From the IMG/VR virus record IMGVR_UViG_3300005512_000009, positions 1 through 64,000 of that record: DNA of 64,000 bases. The stretch is one strand, 5' to 3'. A program made the translations under genes and the position numbers. Below are positions 28,125-36,979 of this stretch, piece after piece (positions within the stretch are counted from its first letter, which is position 1; every line of letters starts with the position of its first letter). This DNA is from a virus. Its lineage: Duplodnaviria; Caudoviricetes. The notes under the pieces are model-generated. The model was not told where the DNA came from and ran no database searches. It saw only the letters and a list, made by a program, of their open reading frames with translations.

Positions 28125-30182
28125 ATGGGAAAGATAAAAAATTACGGATCCAGCTTTTGGTTAGATGATGACTTTGACACAGACTTCACTTCATGGGATG
28201 ACAGTGGTACAAGGAAAAGAAAGATTGTCGATCATACCAAGCTCGCATCCACTCAGAGAGCCATTAGCAACTTTGTTAATATTGTTACAGGCAAGCAGAT
28301 TCCAGTACGCTTTCAAAGTGCTGATTCAAGTTACACTGATGGAGAAACCGTTACCATCGGTACCAAGCTAGAAGGAAAGAATTTTGACCCTGCAGTAGGG
28401 TTGGCATTGCATGAAGGCTCGCATATTGCTTTCACTGATTTCAATATTCTTAAAAATTGTAATCAAATTGGTAGTGCATTTCATTCAGCAGTTGCAATGC
28501 AAGGTTGTGATCCGGATATGAATATGACTTCAGAGCAGCTCATGATCATCAAAGACATTTTGAATTGGGTTGAAGATAGAAGAATTGATTATCGTGTATA
28601 CACCACAGCTCCAGGATACCGAGTGTATTATGAGGCAATGTATGACAAATACTTCAACGATAAGGTCATTGACAAAGCATTAGAGTCAGGTGAGAAATGT
28701 GAAGAGACATGGGATGATTACCTATTCCATATCATCAACTTTACTAATCCAAATCGACAATTAGATGCATTGAAAGCTCTTCGATCAATTTGGAATGTAG
28801 TTGATCTCAAGAATATCAATCGATTGAAAAACACGCAAGATGCCTTAGTTGTGTCGTGTGAGATTTACAAATTGATTAAAAAGGCAGTAGCAGAAGAAGA
28901 ATCACAGAATCAAGGATCAGGTCAAAGCAATGAAGAACCCCAAGAACAAAATGATTCTCAAGCTTCTGGCTCAGGTCGAGGAGATGATATTGCAGAAGAT
29001 GCTGAATTTGAAGTAGCAGAAGGTGATGGTGCAGGTGGTTCAAGACAATCATCATCTAATTTGAGTCCTATGCAGCAAAGGAAACTTGAGAAAGCAATAC
29101 AAAAGCAACGAGAGTTTTTGAATGATGACGCAAAAAAGACAGGTCGTTTATCTAAGAAAGATGCTCGTGTAGTTGAGACATTGAAAAACTCAGGCACAGA
29201 GTCAAGAGAGGTAAATGCTGGAGGTAGTGAGTCTGCTCCAGTGCCAGTTCAAACCACAGTTATCAAAAAATTGAATCAGGCTGTGATTATGACGCTCGAT
29301 GATATGTTTGATACATACACTGCAGAGAGAGTATTCACACAAGGCATAGATCCATTGAATACAGATAAATGGGGCTTCAGATGTTATCAAGATATGCACA
29401 AGGCAGTAACCGAAGGTATCGTCTTAGGTCGTCAATTGGGTCAAAAGCTTCAAATTAGAAATGAAGAAAGATCATTGAAGAGTACAAGATTGCAAAGTGG
29501 TAAGATCGATAGAAGGTTAGTATCCAGTTTAGGCTTCGGGAATGATTCAGTATTCCATCGCATTGTAACGGATCGATTCAAGAACTTCTTCATCCATATT
29601 TCAATTGATGCATCGGGTTCAATGGGCGGCAAACGTTTTGAAAACGCAATTAAATCTGCGGTAGCAGTTGCACAAGCAGCTTCAATGACAACCGGGATTC
29701 GAGTGCAAATTTCATTGAGAGGTACAACGGGACACTATGATAGTTCCAAATCAACCACGCTGTATGCATATGATTCAGCTCATGACAAAATGAGCAAGAT
29801 CAAAACATTGTTCCCTTGGTTGAAAACCTTTGGAATGACACCAGAAGGTATTGCTTTCGAAAGCATTTACCGAGACATCAAAAAGGATGCAAAAGGAGAT
29901 GAATGTATCTTTATTAATTATTCAGATGGTATGCCAGGCGGTGTTGCTGGGGTTTCATATTGTTGGGATGGAGTTGAGTATACACGCAGAGTTGTTAACA
30001 AAATGAGAGAGATTGGTATCAATATTATTAGTTATTTTATTGATGGATCAGAAGATGGTTATTCAGCAGATTTCTTCCGTAAAATGTATGGACAAGAAGC
30101 AGAGTTTATTGATCCGACATCGCTAACTAAAGTATCAAGATCATTGAATCGCAAGTTTTTAGAGTTAGGAGAGGCAGCATAA
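28125..30182 (+). CDS. vWA-domain protein with N-terminal HExxH (MoxR partner, CobT-like)
   Basis: ALHEGSH, EDRRID, acidic linker, MIDAS IDASGSM, SDGMP. Confidence 0.85.
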   Translation: MGKIKNYGSSFWLDDDFDTDFTSWDDSGTRKRKIVDHTKLASTQRAISNFVNIVTGKQIPVRFQSADSSYTDGETVTIGTKLEGKNFDPAVGLALHEGSHIAFTDFNILKNCNQIGSAFHSAVAMQGCDPDMNMTSEQLMIIKDILNWVEDRRIDYRVYTTAPGYRVYYEAMYDKYFNDKVIDKALESGEKCEETWDDYLFHIINFTNPNRQLDALKALRSIWNVVDLKNINRLKNTQDALVVSCEIYKLIKKAVAEEESQNQGSGQSNEEPQEQNDSQASGSGRGDDIAEDAEFEVAEGDGAGGSRQSSSNLSPMQQRKLEKAIQKQREFLNDDAKKTGRLSKKDARVVETLKNSGTESREVNAGGSESAPVPVQTTVIKKLNQAVIMTLDDMFDTYTAERVFTQGIDPLNTDKWGFRCYQDMHKAVTEGIVLGRQLGQKLQIRNEERSLKSTRLQSGKIDRRLVSSLGFGNDSVFHRIVTDRFKNFFIHISIDASGSMGGKRFENAIKSAVAVAQAASMTTGIRVQISLRGTTGHYDSSKSTTLYAYDSAHDKMSKIKTLFPWLKTFGMTPEGIAFESIYRDIKKDAKGDECIFINYSDGMPGGVAGVSYCWDGVEYTRRVVNKMREIGINIISYFIDGSEDGYSADFFRKMYGQEAEFIDPTSLTKVSRSLNRKFLELGEAA

Positions 30183-30364
30183 GTTGCCTCTCCTTTTGGA
30201 AAAGTAAATATTAATTCATATAATAAGTTATGATGACGCATATCGCTAACTAAAGTATCAAGATCATTGAATCGCAAGTTTTTAGAGTTAGGAGAGGCAG
30301 CATAAGTTGCCTCTCCTTTTGGAAAAGTAAATATTAATTCATATAATAAGTTATGATGACGCAT
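30119..30364. repeat. Exact tandem duplication, 2 x 123 bp
   Basis: 30119-30241 is identical to 30242-30364. Confidence 0.95.
30167..30197 (+). terminator. Terminator overlapping the vWA stop (second copy 30290-30320)
   Basis: AGGAGAGGCAGC-ATAA-GTTGCCTCTCCT-TTT. Confidence 0.8.
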
Positions 30365-30558
30365 ATCAAGCAAAAAAACGCGGATGTAATGGAGTAATAG
30401 CAGGACATATACATACACCCGCTGATAAATTCATAGAAGGCATTCATTACTTGAATTGCGGCGATTGGATTGAAAATAATAGTTATATTACATATATGGA
30501 TAAAAAATTTACCATATTATTTAAAGAAATAAATGATTTAAATCAGAAAATTAATTAA
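30361..30558 (+). pseudogene. C-terminal remnant of LpxH-like metallophosphoesterase
   Basis: AKKRGCNGVIAGHIHTPA..IHYLNCGDWIENNS; no in-frame start. Confidence 0.75.
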
Positions 30559-30564
30559 AAAGTT

Positions 30565-30906
30565 ATGTTACACGAATTAGGAGCTAAATTAGGCTGGAAG
30601 ATCCGAAGATGGAATTACGGGTTTGAACTATTTACAATGAATATCGGATATACTGAAGAATTAGGATTTAGGTTTTGTACCTTTCAATGCCAGTTCCGAG
30701 ACTATTCCTTAGTATCCTTTTTTATCTCGTTGCCTAACCGTACTACAAGACAACGCATTGTTGTGACAGAATGGGATGTGCTTTGGTTGAGAAACAGGTT
30801 GTGGAAACGGTATGACAGATTAACGGATAGCTTGATGTGGGGACAAAGAGAACCAAGCAGAACGGAAGCCATTGAGCTTTGGATATTGGAAAGATTATTT
30901 GTATAA
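30565..30906 (+). CDS. Hypothetical protein
   Basis: ORF with AAGTTATG start. Confidence 0.55.
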   Translation: MLHELGAKLGWKIRRWNYGFELFTMNIGYTEELGFRFCTFQCQFRDYSLVSFFISLPNRTTRQRIVVTEWDVLWLRNRLWKRYDRLTDSLMWGQREPSRTEAIELWILERLFV

Positions 30907-30944
30907 TAGAGTATGAATGATAAAGGGTATCTTAACAGATTAAT

Positions 30945-31319
30945 ATGAATTCGAATGTAGAAGGACCTATATCCAAACGTAATCAACTTACACAGAGACA
31001 GACACAAGCATTGATTAAGTTGTGGGAGAAGTGGGGAAATAATTCTAATTTAAAGCTAAATAGACTAGCATATTCACCATATGGTTTAGATCAGATCGAA
31101 GAACTCTACCCATATATTTCAATAGAACGTAGAGATGATTTACTCGATAAAAAGTTTAAATGGGATTGGTGTATTTCATATCATGAAGAGTATGACGGAC
31201 AAGGAACTCAATTAACTTGGCGTAGCGATTCAAAAGAACCGATGCCGGATTTGATTAAAACGTTTTTACGGAAAGCATATGATAGAGAGTTTATGAGTAT
31301 CCACCAAACTAGTTTATAA
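30945..31319 (+). CDS. Hypothetical protein
   Basis: ORF. Confidence 0.55.
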   Translation: MNSNVEGPISKRNQLTQRQTQALIKLWEKWGNNSNLKLNRLAYSPYGLDQIEELYPYISIERRDDLLDKKFKWDWCISYHEEYDGQGTQLTWRSDSKEPMPDLIKTFLRKAYDREFMSIHQTSL

Positions 31320-31477
31320 AGTTGTAACGGCCCGGCTTATGAAAGCGAAAAGAAAAACCAATGCGAAGAACACGAAGAGACACGCATACGAATAAAGCAA
31401 CGAGTCAATGTATATCGTATGTATATGCGCATACGCTTCGTCCACAGAGAAGAGCAAGACTTGTAATTAATTAATAT

Positions 31478-31690
31478 GGTGTCTCAGGTTCCAGGTGTCC
31501 CTAGTATAACGCACAGAGTGGGCAAAGAGTCAGAAAATCTGAATTATAATTATTAAGCATAGTTCTTGGGTTGAATCGTCCAGGGTTGGGTAGTATTGGA
31601 TGACAGTAAAGGAAACCCCACTCTACCGTGTCTCGCCTAGTTTCCTAGAGCATAATGCTCTTTATTCGGATTACCTGGTGCTTAGGTACC
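31478..31690. ncRNA. Putative ~213-nt structured non-coding RNA
   Basis: Nested long-range stems (31478-31500/31668-31690; 31515-31522/31617-31624) plus several hairpins. Confidence 0.55.
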
Positions 31691-31731
31691 CTAAACGGCC
31701 TAGAATGCAGTATACGCAGTCTATTTGTGTC

Positions 31732-31838
31732 GTATTATTCGTGTATTATTCGTGTATAAATGGCGTATTTTTCGTCCATTCATCGCTCGCTGCGCTCGCT
31801 ACCCGGTACCCGGCACGTATTTTTCGTGTATTTTTCGT
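31732..31838. repeat. Five GTATT(A/T)TTCGT direct repeats
   Basis: Copies at 31732, 31743, 31765, 31817, 31828. Confidence 0.85.
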
Positions 31839-32036
31839 CCATTATTAGTGTGTATGCGTGTCTATACGTAGTGTATATTTGGCGTATGTGTGTATCGAAC
31901 AATGTCTAGTATATATAAGTATTTGGTTTGGTCTTGACGTATAGTACGAGTAAACGTTTCTTCGTATTTTTAATAGGCATTGTCCGGCGATTTGCGGTTG
32001 GATCCGTACGGATTATTTCTTATAATATAGAAAAAG

Positions 32037-32231
32037 ATGTTGAACGTAATATTGTGGATCATAGGGATCGCGATCTTGTTCTATATAGTTGTATACTTGT
32101 TGAGGCCGGCAATAGTAGCGCTTGTCTTGCTTGCCGTGGCGGGATCGATATTCGGCTTCTGGCCAGGAGTCATAGCTGCAGGGATCGGCTTCTTTTGGAT
32201 GTTGTCTGTGCAATTCAATGAAGAGGATTAG
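32037..32231 (+). CDS. Small membrane protein
   Basis: Hydrophobic ORF behind TTGGAT-N17-TATAAT. Confidence 0.6.
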   Translation: MLNVILWIIGIAILFYIVVYLLRPAIVALVLLAVAGSIFGFWPGVIAAGIGFFWMLSVQFNEED

Positions 32232-32280
32232 ATAACAAGTATACTGAGGGATCGATAAATTGTGAATAACTTTTCTTACA

Positions 32281-32339
32281 AAATGCTTGACACGCACACA
32301 TATTCTTCTTATATTTATGTAAATTAAAAGATAAGAGCA
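32281..32339 (+). promoter_or_regulatory. Early-type promoter repeat 1
   Basis: TTGACA-N17-TATATT plus TATGTAAATT leader. Confidence 0.85.
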
Positions 32340-32612
32340 ATGTTAGACACTTTAAAATGGGAGTTGGATCAAGCACTCCTAGTATGCGCAGACGGAACGG
32401 ATATTCCACTCACACAACGTTGGGAGTTGTCGTTGCAAGACATTGAATGCTGGTATGCAGAGATGATCCTGCTAGCAGAGAGTTACGGCAGGATCGTGAC
32501 ACACGTATTTACATTCTTCGAAGATGCACCTACCATGTTTTGGTTGGATGACTTGACTGGAGAGCTTAGAGCATTGGATGTTACAGACACAGAGAAAATC
32601 AATTTAAATTAA
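32340..32612 (+). CDS. Small early protein
   Basis: Directly behind promoter repeat. Confidence 0.65.
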   Translation: MLDTLKWELDQALLVCADGTDIPLTQRWELSLQDIECWYAEMILLAESYGRIVTHVFTFFEDAPTMFWLDDLTGELRALDVTDTEKINLN

Positions 32613-32617
32613 TAGAC

Positions 32618-32839
32618 ATGACAGATTTACAATTTACCCGGGACATTATTAAGTTTGATGCAGCCCATATGGATGCCGAAGAGTTCCAATTGTTTTTATA
32701 TGAGAATGACATTGAGCATGAGTGGCAAGAAGCTAATCCGGAAAACTTTAATGATGGCGTGTATGATGTGTTTTTGTTTGACTATGAAATGCCAGTACGC
32801 TTTATTAATGGCAAGTATATCTCAGAAGAAGATTTGTAA
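32618..32839 (+). CDS. Small acidic early protein
   Basis: D/E-rich 73-aa ORF. Confidence 0.65.
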   Translation: MTDLQFTRDIIKFDAAHMDAEEFQLFLYENDIEHEWQEANPENFNDGVYDVFLFDYEMPVRFINGKYISEEDL

Positions 32840-32850
32840 AAAAGTTTACA

Positions 32851-32910
32851 AAATGCTTGACACGCATTGAATTTTGTCTTATATTTATGTAAATTTAAAA
32901 ATTAAGAGAT
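32851..32910 (+). promoter_or_regulatory. Early-type promoter repeat 2
   Basis: TTGACA at 32857. Confidence 0.85.
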
Positions 32911-33285
32911 ATGGCTACAAGAAGCAGAATTGGAATGGAACAGCCTAACGGCGAAGTACGAAGCATTTATTGTCATTGGGATGGATATCCTGAGGGAGTA
33001 GGAGCAACGCTCCAGGAGCATTACGTGGATCCGGAAAAAGTAGAAGCACTCATTGCATTAGGTGATATTAGCGTATTACAACCATTAGTAGAGCCAGACG
33101 TGCCGGGAGTAGAGCATTCTTTTGCAAACCCAGCTCCATGCGTAACTGTTGCTTATCACAGAGACAGAGGAGAGAGTTTCTTCCCACCACGTGTTGATGC
33201 TAGCGTTGAATCGTTCAGCCAAAGCGACATTGAAGAGTACGGATATGTGTTTACTCAGTCTGGCGAATGGAAAACATTTTCGTAA
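32911..33285 (+). CDS. Conserved-type phage early protein
   Basis: MATRSRIG..SIYCHWDGYP..AYHRDRGE. Confidence 0.75.
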   Translation: MATRSRIGMEQPNGEVRSIYCHWDGYPEGVGATLQEHYVDPEKVEALIALGDISVLQPLVEPDVPGVEHSFANPAPCVTVAYHRDRGESFFPPRVDASVESFSQSDIEEYGYVFTQSGEWKTFS

Positions 33286-33296
33286 AAAAGTTTACA

Positions 33297-33356
33297 AAAT
33301 GCTTGACACGCACGAGAATAGTCCTTATATTTATGTAAATTAAAAGATTAAAGGTT
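33297..33356 (+). promoter_or_regulatory. Early-type promoter repeat 3
   Basis: TTGACA at 33303. Confidence 0.85.
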
Positions 33357-33542
33357 ATGAGTAAGAATAGTAGAAATTCCGGAAAGTTTAAGCAAGACGC
33401 AATATTGGGTCAGTTCCGTAGAGATGCACGCAGTAGCAATGAGAATTGTGCAGTTATGCAATGCATGAATAAAGCACCTAAAAAGGTTCAGAAGGAAGAA
33501 CCGGTAAGAATGAGTTTAAATTTTTTAGCAACCGGCAAGTAA
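33357..33542 (+). CDS. Small early protein
   Basis: Behind promoter repeat. Confidence 0.6.
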   Translation: MSKNSRNSGKFKQDAILGQFRRDARSSNENCAVMQCMNKAPKKVQKEEPVRMSLNFLATGK

Positions 33543-33543
33543 T

Positions 33544-33711
33544 ATGAATAATAGAGCAATTGACATTCTATTGAACAGAGGCTTAGCAGTTGTCATTCGA
33601 AAAGAATTGATTCAAGCAACGCGCGCAGCTTTGCAAGCAGAAGGCTTTGATACCGAATTCATTACAGATAGTGAAATTTTAGAATTAGTTAAACAAATTA
33701 ACGAGATATGA
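33544..33711 (+). CDS. Small early protein (55 aa)
   Basis: Read manually: MNNRAIDILLNRG...; stop overlaps sigma start. Confidence 0.55.
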   Translation: MNNRAIDILLNRGLAVVIRKELIQATRAALQAEGFDTEFITDSEILELVKQINEI

Positions 33712-34415
33712 ACAAGATATATGTTACCACAGGCGCAGTAGCCACAGAGACCCGGTCAGTAAAGAAGTATATGGCTGACATCAAGAAACCCAAATTACTA
33801 ACCCGAGAGCAGGAGGCAGATGCTACCCGAGATCAATTGATTGAATCCAATCTGCGATTTGTAGTTCAAGTAGCCAAGCAGTACCAGGGAATGGGATTGG
33901 AGCTAGAGGACCTGATAGGGTTCGGCAATGTAGGATTGTTTGAAGCTGCAGAGCGATTCGATCCCACTAGAAAGATCAAGTTCATTACCTTTGCAGTATG
34001 GTATATCCGAGCAGAGATTACCAAGGCATTAAATGATATGGGCCGCACAGTAAGGATCCCATCTCATAGAACAGCCACAGAAGAATATTCAACCATCTCC
34101 ACACAGACAGTGATTGGCGATGACGAAGACTCAGAGACTTATGCGGACCGATTCTTGCCAGCCGAGACGGATGTGAGCCGACAAGACCAAAGAGATCTTA
34201 ATGACATGATAGCAGCCGCATTGGCTCAGCTCAAACCCAAGCAGCGTGATGCAGTAGCATTGTTTTATGGGATCGGTGTAGAGTATCCAAGCTGCATGGA
34301 AGACATTGCTGAGAAGCTCGGCGTGTCAAATGAGAGAGCCAGACAATTGGTTAGAGCAGGCGAGGATGGGTTGAGGAACCTATCAGGATTAGAGATCCTG
34401 CAGCAGTATTTGTAA
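33708..34415 (+). CDS. Sigma-70 family RNA polymerase sigma factor
   Basis: LIESNLRFVVQVAKQY, DLIGFGNVGL, KFITFAVWYIR, region 4 IAEKLGVSNERARQ. Confidence 0.9.
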   Translation: MNKIYVTTGAVATETRSVKKYMADIKKPKLLTREQEADATRDQLIESNLRFVVQVAKQYQGMGLELEDLIGFGNVGLFEAAERFDPTRKIKFITFAVWYIRAEITKALNDMGRTVRIPSHRTATEEYSTISTQTVIGDDEDSETYADRFLPAETDVSRQDQRDLNDMIAAALAQLKPKQRDAVALFYGIGVEYPSCMEDIAEKLGVSNERARQLVRAGEDGLRNLSGLEILQQYL

Positions 34416-34443
34416 ATCATATCTTTTAATTTTTCATATCTCT

Positions 34444-34475
34444 AGGGCGGATCCAAATGCGGGTTCGCCCTTTTT
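34444..34475 (+). terminator. Intrinsic terminator
   Basis: AGGGCGGATCC..GGGTTCGCCCT-TTTT. Confidence 0.8.
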
Positions 34476-34520
34476 CTGCTGTGAATAACTTGTGAATAAC
34501 ACAGTTAAACTTTTCTTGGA

Positions 34521-34580
34521 TTTTGCTTGACTCGCATGCGTATTGTCCTTATATTTATGTAAATTAAAAGATTAAGAGAT
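34521..34580 (+). promoter_or_regulatory. Early-type promoter repeat 4
   Basis: TTGACT at 34527. Confidence 0.85.
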
Positions 34581-34856
34581 ATGGCATTTACGATTAAGAC
34601 CCAGGAAGAGTTCAACGAGTGTTTAATGTGGATCAGTGATTTATCCAAAGATGCCTATGGCTTCAGGGTACGTAACCGGGATTGGGCTTCAATGAGCTTT
34701 GAGGAGCTTGCAGCAGAGGTTAATTTCTTTTCTGACATTGTTGCTAGGGAAGAAGAGGAGTATGCCAAATACGAAGAAAGAGCCATCCAGAGATGTTTGG
34801 ATGCTGGAGCTCCAGACATAGAGACCGCAAAGCGTTGGTTAGAAGACGCAATGTAG
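34581..34856 (+). CDS. Small early protein
   Basis: ISDLSKDAYGFR..GAPDIETAKRW. Confidence 0.7.
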   Translation: MAFTIKTQEEFNECLMWISDLSKDAYGFRVRNRDWASMSFEELAAEVNFFSDIVAREEEEYAKYEERAIQRCLDAGAPDIETAKRWLEDAM

Positions 34857-34885
34857 GGCTAAAAAAAGTTTCAAAAAAGTTTCCA

Positions 34886-34945
34886 AAAAGGTTGACACGC
34901 ACGGGAAAAGACCTTATATTTATGTAAATTTAAAAATTAAGAGAT
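34886..34945 (+). promoter_or_regulatory. Early-type promoter repeat 5
   Basis: TTGACA at 34892. Confidence 0.85.
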
Positions 34946-35893
34946 ATGCAAAAAGTTTTTGAGCCGGCCAGGGTAGATGGCAAATTAGTAGCACGCAATG
35001 TAGCAACCGGAGAAGTAGCTCCAGACTCACTCATCCGTTATATTATGATCAACAAGGCAGAGAAAGCCAACCAAGTGCTAATGGTAGATACCGACACCGG
35101 CAGAGTGAAGCGCTTGGCCCGTACGGCAAAGACGCAGAAGGCTGCAGAGGATGCCAACAAGATGTCATTCCGCAACACCCTAGAGAAAAGGGATCCGAAG
35201 GTGATGTTTGACAACCTGGAGAGATTGACCAAGATGGTAGGTAGAGGAATCCAACCATCCCTAGTAATTACCGGTATGGCAGGAATGGGTAAGACTCACA
35301 TTGTAAAGGAGACCTTGAAGAATATGGGATTGAAAGAGTCTACCGACTTTGTTCACTTCAAAGGTAGAGCAACGGCAGCGGGTCTGTTTATTACGCTTTA
35401 TGAGAATAGTGACGCAGTAATTGTGTTGGATGATTGTGACTCAGTATTCAAGGATGATGATGCAGTGAATATATTGAAGGCAGCATTAGACTCATATGAT
35501 ACCAGAAGGATATCATATATAAGCAGCAAGCCACTCAAGGATGCATATGATCAGGCAGTGCCCCGACATTTTGAATTCACCGGCAAGATCATATTCATAT
35601 CCAATATTGCTCAAAGCAAGTTGGATGAAGCAGTTAAGTCTCGTAGCTTTGTAGCAGACATATCAATGAACACCAAGCAGATGTTTACCAGAATGGAGCA
35701 GCTCATGGACAAGATGGAGCCACGTATTCCAATGAAGGCTAAAGAAGAAGCATTGCGTTGCATGAAGGAGCTCAATGAAGAATTTGCCGGAGTAGAGATC
35801 AACCTGCGAAGCTTTATCAAGGCAGCCAGAGTAGCAGCAATGGGTTTTGACAATACCAAAGACATGATTGCCGAGCAAATCATTCCGGCATAG
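34946..35893 (+). CDS. AAA+ ATPase (phage type)
   Basis: GMAGMGKT, IVLDDCD, NILKAALD, IIFISN. Confidence 0.85.
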   Translation: MQKVFEPARVDGKLVARNVATGEVAPDSLIRYIMINKAEKANQVLMVDTDTGRVKRLARTAKTQKAAEDANKMSFRNTLEKRDPKVMFDNLERLTKMVGRGIQPSLVITGMAGMGKTHIVKETLKNMGLKESTDFVHFKGRATAAGLFITLYENSDAVIVLDDCDSVFKDDDAVNILKAALDSYDTRRISYISSKPLKDAYDQAVPRHFEFTGKIIFISNIAQSKLDEAVKSRSFVADISMNTKQMFTRMEQLMDKMEPRIPMKAKEEALRCMKELNEEFAGVEINLRSFIKAARVAAMGFDNTKDMIAEQIIPA

Positions 35894-35909
35894 AAGATGC
35901 ATATCTCAG

Positions 35910-35939
35910 AAGGGGAGTAGTCGCAAGGCTGCTCCTTTT
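35910..35939 (+). terminator. Intrinsic terminator
   Basis: GGAGTAGTC-GCAA-GGCTGCTCC-TTTT. Confidence 0.8.
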
Positions 35940-35961
35940 CAACTATTCAAACTTTTCTGGC

Positions 35962-36023
35962 AAAAAGGTTGACACGCACGGATATTATTCTTATATTTAT
36001 ATCATAATATAAAATTAAAAGAC
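35962..36023 (+). promoter_or_regulatory. Early-type promoter repeat 6
   Basis: TTGACA at 35969. Confidence 0.8.
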
Positions 36024-36305
36024 ATGACAAGAGAAGACGTATTATCAGGAATGAAGTTTAAGTGGAACCGCAATACATATGTCGCCAAAGCTGATCCCTT
36101 TGGAGCTGAAGGAGGCTCAATCCAGGCTGGATGCGAACTATTATTATGCAAAGGCAATGTTCAGACGTATGAATGCAATGTGGAAAGCTTCGGCCCGTAC
36201 GCAATGCATTGGTACACCTATGTAATGGGTAAGCGGGTAAGTGGCACAATCAATTACAAGAGTCTAGAGGCGTTTGTAGAAGCACCGAAGGCAGAAGCGG
36301 CTTAA
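36024..36305 (+). CDS. Small early protein
   Basis: Behind promoter repeat. Confidence 0.65.
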   Translation: MTREDVLSGMKFKWNRNTYVAKADPFGAEGGSIQAGCELLLCKGNVQTYECNVESFGPYAMHWYTYVMGKRVSGTINYKSLEAFVEAPKAEAA

Positions 36306-36322
36306 CGGATTCAGAAAGGGTT

Positions 36323-36343
36323 GGGGGGCTTTGCCCCCCTTTT
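36323..36343 (+). terminator. Intrinsic terminator
   Basis: GGGGGGC-TTT-GCCCCCC-TTTT. Confidence 0.75.
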
Positions 36344-36352
36344 GTACTGTTC

Positions 36353-36410
36353 GGGGGGAGGGGGTGTAAAAAGGGGGTCTAAGGGGGGTGTTTAGGGGGG
36401 GTGGGGAGGG
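36353..36410 (+). other. G-run tract (G-quadruplex potential)
   Basis: Seven runs of 3-7 G. Confidence 0.8.
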
Positions 36411-36595
36411 TTTCGTTAAGCCCCCATGATCCAGGTGCGGGTAGAGCTGGTTATATATGTTTTTCTCGCACGGATAGATTTTTTGCTATATAGGTGGTCT
36501 TTATTGGATATACGTGCGTATATAATATATGTAGCAATATTTATTATTATAACGAGCCTACCAAGCCCAGCGCTGGCAGGACGAACACAAGGAAC

Positions 36596-36949
36596 ATGAT
36601 GAATTTACGAAACATTATCACAGAGTCAGTTACCATACAAGGACACCAGGTCTCTGCAAGCAATGATCGCATAGAGATACAGACACCTGCAGGACAGCGT
36701 TACACGTACGGCATGGAAGTCAGCGGATTCACAATTCCTATATATTCAATTGCGGCTGCGCAGGGTCAATACGTGATGCGTTACGGTAAGCCTAGTATAG
36801 GTTTTACCGGTATATCATATGAACCACAGACGACTCGTTTAAACACGCAACGCATTGCAAGTCTGTTTCCAAATTTGGGTCGGCCGGAGTTACCTCTCAC
36901 AGTGCAAACACCAAAAGGCGAAAAGTCAGTAACGTTTAAACTCGCGTAA
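36596..36949 (+). CDS. Hypothetical protein with leader MMNLRNIITE
   Basis: ATG after ATATTTAT motif. Confidence 0.55.
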   Translation: MMNLRNIITESVTIQGHQVSASNDRIEIQTPAGQRYTYGMEVSGFTIPIYSIAAAQGQYVMRYGKPSIGFTGISYEPQTTRLNTQRIASLFPNLGRPELPLTVQTPKGEKSVTFKLA

Positions 36950-36979
36950 TCAAAAATTCAATTGATAACAAGGAATCCC

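Noticed and set aside
30059-30418. Minus-strand ORF with internal repeat
   Set aside because: By-product of the in-frame 123-bp duplication
31600-32221. ORFs 31600-31848 and 31928-32221
   Set aside because: They run through structured and repeat DNA with atypical composition and poor starts
32281-36023. CRISPR array or integron from the recurring ~60-bp repeat
   Set aside because: Intervals are gene-sized, repeats are promoter-like and non-palindromic, and no cas or integrase gene is present
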